DNA of 64,000 nt from Roseateles sp. (GTDB taxonomy: Bacteria > Pseudomonadota > Gammaproteobacteria > Burkholderiales > Burkholderiaceae_C), in NCBI RefSeq assembly GCF_039595295.1, contig NZ_JBCNLU010000023.1, positions 2,665 to 66,664 of the forward strand, in the 5' to 3' direction. The notes under the pieces were generated by a model. The model searched no databases. It saw only the letters and a list, made by a program, of their open reading frames with translations, and was not told where the DNA came from. Numbering within the stretch: position 1 is the stretch's first letter; every line of letters starts with the position of its first letter. The position numbers and the translations under genes were made by a program. Shown here piece by piece: positions 58,954 through 64,000 of the stretch.

Positions 58954-59931
58954 TCAGGGCAGGGCGGCGCCGCGCGCCGCTTCGTAGAGCGCGTACCACT
59001 CCGGCCGGCTGAGCGTCACCCGCAGCGCATCGCCGCAGGCGCGAATGCGCGCCGGATTGGCGCTGCCGATGACCGGCTGAATGCGCGCCGGATGCTTCAT
59101 CAACCAGGCCAGCAAGATGCCCTCCGTGCTCACCCCGTGCTTCTGCGCGAGCTGATGCACCAGCGCGCGTCCCGCCTCATCGGCCGGGTCCTGCGCGGTG
59201 TCCCCGCTGAAGCGGCCACGCGCAAGCGCGGCCCAGGCCTGCAGCTGGATGCCGTGCTGCTGGCAATGCTCCAGCGTACCGGCCCAGGCGAGCGCCCCCG
59301 GACGTGCACCGGCCTGGCGGTCGTTGAAGCAGGTGCCGGCGTCGATCGGTTCCAGGTGGCCGAGACCCAACTCCAACTGATTCACCACCAGCGGCTGATC
59401 CAGCGCGCGGCCCAGCCAGGCCATCTGACCGGCGTTCATGTTGGACACGCCCAGATGCGAGACCTTGCCCGCGGCGCGCAGGCGCTGGAAGGCCTCGGCG
59501 ATCTCGTCGGGCTGCATCAGCGGATCGGGGCGGTGCAGCAACAGGATGTCCAGCTTCTCGGTGCCCAGACGGCGCAGGCTGGCCTCGACCGCTTGCACGA
59601 TGTAGCCGCCGGACAGGTCGTAGCGTTTGCCGCCCTCGTCGTCGGCGAAGCGGATGCCGCATTTGCTCTGCAGCACGATGCGATCGCGCAGCGAGGGCAT
59701 GCGGCGGAAGAGCGCGCCGAAGACCGACTCGGCCTTGCCGAAGGTGTAGATGTCGGCGTGATCGAAGAGCGTGACGCCGATCTCGAGCGCGGCTTCCGTG
59801 GCGGCCTGCGCGTGGTCGACGTCGGCCTCGGTCCACGGGTTGTGGTCCCAGTGACCGCCCAGGCCCATGCAGCCGTAAGCGAGCGGGCTGGCGGTCGGGA
59901 CGTGCTGCTGCAAGGGGAGGGCGTGGCGCAT
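58954..59931 (-). CDS. Aldo/keto reductase (YdhF/YcsN-like)
   Basis: YGCMG, FDHADIY, LQSKCGI, LLLHRPDPL, LGVSN. Confidence 0.92.
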   Translation of the reverse strand: MRHALPLQQHVPTASPLAYGCMGLGGHWDHNPWTEADVDHAQAATEAALEIGVTLFDHADIYTFGKAESVFGALFRRMPSLRDRIVLQSKCGIRFADDEGGKRYDLSGGYIVQAVEASLRRLGTEKLDILLLHRPDPLMQPDEIAEAFQRLRAAGKVSHLGVSNMNAGQMAWLGRALDQPLVVNQLELGLGHLEPIDAGTCFNDRQAGARPGALAWAGTLEHCQQHGIQLQAWAALARGRFSGDTAQDPADEAGRALVHQLAQKHGVSTEGILLAWLMKHPARIQPVIGSANPARIRACGDALRVTLSRPEWYALYEAARGAALP

Positions 59932-60136
59932 GGCGGGACCTGGGGCGAGCTTGTAATGGACGAACGCGCCAATGAAGGCGCGAGGGAAAGGGCATCGCGG
60001 GAGCGCGAGGAGCGGCATTGTGACGCGGCGGGAGGGCTCCGCGTTTCAAGCGGGTTTCATTCGCCAGCGACCGCAGTCAGGCGGCGCCGGGCCGCACGGT
60101 TACGCGCCAGGCGCGCTGAAGTCAGCCAGCCTTCTT

Positions 60137-60179
60137 ACCCCCTCGCCCGCTTGCGGGAGAGGGCAGGGGAGAGGGTCTT
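60137..60179. repeat. REP-like element, 43 bp identical to 57587-57629
   Basis: ACCCCCTCGCCCGCTTGCGGGAGAGGGCAGGGGAGAGGGTCTT. Confidence 0.88.
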
Positions 60180-60283
60180 TCGCACGAGCTGCGCACCCCT
60201 TCACGCCCGTCGCCCTCGTGCCCCGTACGGCAGAGCCGCCCGCTCTGTGCGCCGGGCCACAATCGCGGGCAGCCACGCCGTCC

Positions 60284-63200
60284 ATGAAATCCGCCCGATC
60301 TCCGCATTCCCCCGTGCTCCGTCCCGTCGCCCTGGCGCTTGCGCTGGCGACCGCCCTGTCGTCGGTGGAGCTCGCGGTGGCGGTGACGAGTCCGCTGACC
60401 GCCGCCGCGTCCGGCAAGCCGGCGCCCGCATCCAGCGCCTCCAGCGCGTTCAGCGCTTCCGCCGCCACGGCGACGTCCGCATCGGCCCCCCCTGCCGCCC
60501 GCGCCGCTTCCGACGCCTTCGCCGATCTGCGCGACCCGGTCCGCGCGGTCAGCCAGTACAAGATCGATCTCTGGCAGACCGAGCAGGGGCTGCCGCTCAA
60601 CACGGTCCAGGCCTTGCTGCAGACGCGCGACGGCGGGCTGTGGGTCGGCACCGCCGGCGGACTGGCGCGATTCGACGGCCGCCGCTTCATCGGCTTCGAC
60701 ACCGCGCAGACGCCCGAGGTCGCCTCGCAGCCGGTCTTCGGCCTGATGGAGGACCGCGCCGGCCGGCTCTGGATCGGCCATCCCGCCGGCGCCGTCGTCT
60801 ATGAGAACGGTCGTTTCAAGCCGGCGATCACCAAGGAACAGTCCGGAGGACGTCGCATCTGGTCCTTCGCGCAGGATGCGGACGGCAGTGTCTGGGCGGC
60901 CGGCGAGGCCGGGCTGTTCCACATCCGCGACGGCCAGGTCCGGGTTCTGCGCGAGGCCGACGGCCTGCCCAGCGTCAAGCTGCGCGCGCTGACCTTCGAC
61001 AAGGCGGGCACGCTCTGGATTGCCACCACCGGCGCGGGCCTCGTGGCCATGCCGCCCGGCGGCGGCTTCAAGGTCTTCAATCCGTCCAACGGCTTCCCGC
61101 ATCTGCAGGTGCGGCAGGTGCTGGCCGATCCGGCCGGCGGCATCTGGGCCGCCACCGCCGGCGGCGGCCTGGTCCGCATGCAGGGCGTGGATCATCCGGA
61201 GCCGCGCGTCTACACCACCGCCGACGGCCTGCCCACCGACCACCTCACCGCGCTGGCCCGCGATGCCCGTGGCGATCTCTGGATCGGCAGCTGGGGCGGC
61301 GGCGTCAGCCGCTTGCGCGACGGCCGCTTCAGCACGGTCTCCACCGGCAGCGGACTGGCGGGCAGTCAGATCTGGACGATGGCCGCCGATCGTGAGGGCA
61401 GCGTCTGGGTCGGCACCTGGGTCGACGGCCTGAACCGGCTGCGCAATCGCGCCTTCACCGTACTGGGCACGCCCGAGGGCCTGAGCCACGACAATGTGCG
61501 CTCGGTGCTGATGGCGCGTGACGGCGGCGTCTGGGTCGCCACCTCCGGCGGCGGGCTGGACCGGCTCAAGGATGGCCGCATCACCGTGCTGGGCAAGACC
61601 GACGGCCTGCCCACCGAAGAGATTTCCACCCTGCACGAGACCCGCGACGGCACGCTCTGGATCGGCACCTACACCGCCGGCGTCGCGCGCCTGGGCCGCG
61701 ACGGCCGCATCGAGGTCTTCGGCGCTGACGCCGGCCTGCCCGGCAACGAGGTGCGCGCGATCCGCGAGGACCGCGACGGCACGCTCTGGGTCGGCACCCG
61801 GACCGGCCTGGCGCGCTTCGACGGTCAGCGTTTCGAAGCCGTGAAGGCGCCCGGCCTGCCCGCCGAGGGCGTGGCCGCCATCCTGCAGGATCGCAGCGGC
61901 ACGCTGTGGTTCGGCACCACCGGACAGGGCCTGGTGCGCTGGCGCGACGGCGCCGCGACCACCTTCACCACCGCCGACGGCCTGGTGTCCAACTGGATCA
62001 TGACGCTGAGCGAGGACGCCCGCGGCGCGCTCTGGATCGGCACGAACGGCGAGGGCATCAACCGCCTCAAGGACGGCCGCATCGGCGCGGTGCGTCCGCG
62101 CGACGGGCTGTGGGACGGGCTGTCGCAGGTGCTGATCGAGGATCAGGCCGGCCAGTTCTGGATCACCTGCAACCGCGGCTTCTATCGCGTCTCGCGAGCC
62201 GACCTCGAGGCGTTCCTGGACGGCAAGCTCGAGCGCGTGCGCTCCGTCGGCTTCGGTCCCGGCGACGCGCTGCGCGCCACCAGCTTCGCCGGCGGCCTGC
62301 AATCGGCCGGCGCCATCGACGCGCAGGGCCGGGTGTGGCTGCCGTCCTCGGGCGGCCTGGTCATCGTGGATCCGGCGCGTCTGCCCGGCGGCGGCGATCC
62401 GCCCGTCCCGCGCATCGAGCAGCTCAAGGTCGACGGCGAACTCCACGCCCTGGACGGCCAGGCGCTCGCGCTGCCGCCCGGTCCGGTCGCGCTGACGCTG
62501 ACGCTCGCGGCCTCCACGCTGCGCGAGGCTGACCGTGTCCGCTTCCGCTTCCAGATGGAAGGCCTGACCCGCGGCTGGACTGAGGTCGGCGCCGATCGCG
62601 AGCTCACCTTCCCCGCGCTGCAGCACGGCCATTACCGGCTGCGGCTGGAGGCCTCGCTGGACGGCGTGCGCTGGCGCGAGGCGGGCACGCCGCTCGAGCT
62701 CAGCGTGCAGCCGCGTTTCCACCAGACCGGCTGGTTCCAGCTGCTGGCCGCGGCGCTGGCCATCGGCCTCTTCGCCGGTCTGGTGAGCTGGCGCACCCGC
62801 CTGATGCGACGTCGTCAGGCCGAGATGGAGCAGCTGGTGGCCCAGCGCACCGAGGAGCTGCGCTTGGCCAACGAGCATTTGCGCCAGCTGTCCTTCCTGG
62901 ACGCCGTGACCGGGCTGGCCAACCGGCGCCGCTTCAACGAGGCGGCCGCCGAGGAGTGGCGCCGCGCGCGCCGCAGCGGCGCCTCCCTGGGTCTGGTGCT
63001 GGCCGACGTCGACGCCTTCAAGCGCTACAACGACCAGATGGGCCATCTGAAGGGCGACGAGGCGTTGGCCGCCGTGGGCGCCGTGTTCGCCGCCTCCGTC
63101 GGCCGGGCCGGCGACCTGGCCGCGCGTTACGGCGGCGAGGAATTCGTCGTCCTGCTGCCCGGCGCCGACCGTGCCGCCGCGGCCGATGTCGCCGAGCACA

Positions 63201-63385
63201 TCCGCGCCGGCATCGAGGCCCTGGGCCTTCCGCATCCGTCCTCGCCGGCCGCGCCGGTGCTGACGATCAGCCTGGGCGTGGCCGCCTGTGTGCCCTCGGA
63301 CGAGCGCACGCTGGAGAGCCTCATCGCCCAGGCGGACGATGCGCTGTACGCCGCCAAGCGCGAGGGCCGCAACCGGGTCCGCTGA
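60284..63385 (+). CDS. Diguanylate cyclase with periplasmic beta-propeller + Y_Y_Y sensor
   Basis: Signal peptide; many DRDG.LW repeats; Y_Y_Y region; TM helix; DAVTGLANRR, DVDAFKRYND, RAGD I-site, RYGGEEF. Confidence 0.92.
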   Translation: MKSARSPHSPVLRPVALALALATALSSVELAVAVTSPLTAAASGKPAPASSASSAFSASAATATSASAPPAARAASDAFADLRDPVRAVSQYKIDLWQTEQGLPLNTVQALLQTRDGGLWVGTAGGLARFDGRRFIGFDTAQTPEVASQPVFGLMEDRAGRLWIGHPAGAVVYENGRFKPAITKEQSGGRRIWSFAQDADGSVWAAGEAGLFHIRDGQVRVLREADGLPSVKLRALTFDKAGTLWIATTGAGLVAMPPGGGFKVFNPSNGFPHLQVRQVLADPAGGIWAATAGGGLVRMQGVDHPEPRVYTTADGLPTDHLTALARDARGDLWIGSWGGGVSRLRDGRFSTVSTGSGLAGSQIWTMAADREGSVWVGTWVDGLNRLRNRAFTVLGTPEGLSHDNVRSVLMARDGGVWVATSGGGLDRLKDGRITVLGKTDGLPTEEISTLHETRDGTLWIGTYTAGVARLGRDGRIEVFGADAGLPGNEVRAIREDRDGTLWVGTRTGLARFDGQRFEAVKAPGLPAEGVAAILQDRSGTLWFGTTGQGLVRWRDGAATTFTTADGLVSNWIMTLSEDARGALWIGTNGEGINRLKDGRIGAVRPRDGLWDGLSQVLIEDQAGQFWITCNRGFYRVSRADLEAFLDGKLERVRSVGFGPGDALRATSFAGGLQSAGAIDAQGRVWLPSSGGLVIVDPARLPGGGDPPVPRIEQLKVDGELHALDGQALALPPGPVALTLTLAASTLREADRVRFRFQMEGLTRGWTEVGADRELTFPALQHGHYRLRLEASLDGVRWREAGTPLELSVQPRFHQTGWFQLLAAALAIGLFAGLVSWRTRLMRRRQAEMEQLVAQRTEELRLANEHLRQLSFLDAVTGLANRRRFNEAAAEEWRRARRSGASLGLVLADVDAFKRYNDQMGHLKGDEALAAVGAVFAASVGRAGDLAARYGGEEFVVLLPGADRAAAADVAEHIRAGIEALGLPHPSSPAAPVLTISLGVAACVPSDERTLESLIAQADDALYAAKREGRNRVR

Positions 63386-63513
63386 CGCTGGTGATGCGCC
63401 GGCGCGGCCGGTCGCCACACTCGGGCGCAGGGAAATTCATTCCCGCGACACCGCCGCCGGTGTACAACCGCGAACACCGCCTTGCCCCGTGTTCATCGAG
63501 TCTGTCACCGACC

Positions 63514-63744
63514 ATGCAGATCCTTCGTCACCACCTGGGCCGCACCTACGTCGTCGACGCCGCCGGCCCGAGCACCGGGCCCTGGCATGGGCGCTTCGTC
63601 GTCAAGGGAGAGGAGGACGGCAACCACCCGGGCGCGACCTCCTGGCACGATCTCTCCGACGATTTCGCGTCCGCGGACGAGGCGACGGCCCATGCCGACG
63701 CGGTGGCACGGCAGTACATCGCCACATTTGCAGAACAAGCGTGA
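63514..63744 (+). CDS. Small hypothetical protein (76 aa)
   Basis: MQILRHHLGRTYVV...FASADEATAHADAVARQYI; coding-like composition. Confidence 0.55.
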   Translation: MQILRHHLGRTYVVDAAGPSTGPWHGRFVVKGEEDGNHPGATSWHDLSDDFASADEATAHADAVARQYIATFAEQA

Positions 63745-63929
63745 GAAGAACGCGGCGTTCGCGGCTCTCGCGACGACCGCTTCCCGCTGAAGGAGGAGGG
63801 AGCGGCGCTTGCCCGCCCGACTCCGCCCGCGTCGAATCATGTCGGCCCCTGGCCGGACCGCCTCTTGCCCGCCTCCGCTGTCGTGATTCTGGTGATCCGT
63901 GTGATCCGTGAGCATTCAGGGAGAACAAC

Positions 63930-64000
63930 ATGTCGTCGCTGTCCAATTTCAGGATAGGCACGCGGCTGGCCGCCGCATTCGCCGTCGTCATCGCGTTGTT
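63930..64000 (+). CDS. Start of a probable methyl-accepting chemotaxis protein (truncated by the window end)
   Basis: AGGGAG RBS; MSSLSNFRIGTRLAAAFAVVIAL is a typical MCP N-terminus. Confidence 0.6.
   Translation, partial: MSSLSNFRIGTRLAAAFAVVIAL

Noticed and set aside
63745-63929. c-di-GMP riboswitch in the MCP leader
   Set aside because: No GEMM-like conserved motifs seen; only a GC hairpin and a short GTGATCCGT repeat.

Overview
High-GC bacterial chromosome segment, densely coding. Gene content and repeat style suggest Burkholderiales (inference). I found no rRNA, tRNA, CRISPR array, integrase or transposase. Left to right: a partial omega-amino-acid aminotransferase with a divergent LysR; a Nuc-type phospholipase-D nuclease, a small secreted CxxxC-x9-CxxxC peptide and a patatin lipoprotein; an old yellow enzyme with LysR; GFA; DUF481; soxR with a SoxR-box promoter driving a Rid-family gene. 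From about 9.3 to 31.1 kb lies a signalling and redox cluster: a kinase-like/AAA/GAF/His-kinase giant, a DUF4148-like protein, a DipZ-like thioredoxin, two response regulators, a Mo-hydroxylase/symporter/TetR cassette, two exported alpha/beta hydrolases, ohr, a NarL-type regulator and a beta-propeller sensor kinase. The promoter of the giant kinase shares an exact 18-mer with the NarL-regulator promoter and a palindrome with the TetR promoter. Then come TetR-SDR, an MFS transporter, higBA, a HI0933 flavoprotein, an orphan ligJ, YitT, a tautomerase/SDR/LysR group, a 1-Cys peroxiredoxin and katG. These are followed by an HTH-MNT/HEPN-like pair preceded by four tandem 20-bp palindromes, a CAP lipoprotein, a beta-propeller/HTH pair, glutaredoxin, a VOC protein, a hybrid kinase, a TolC-type OMF with macAB, a small lipoprotein, REP-like repeats, nitronate monooxygenase, an aldo/keto reductase, a beta-propeller diguanylate cyclase and the start of an MCP. 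Start codons were refined by eye. Product calls come from recognised motifs, not from database searches.
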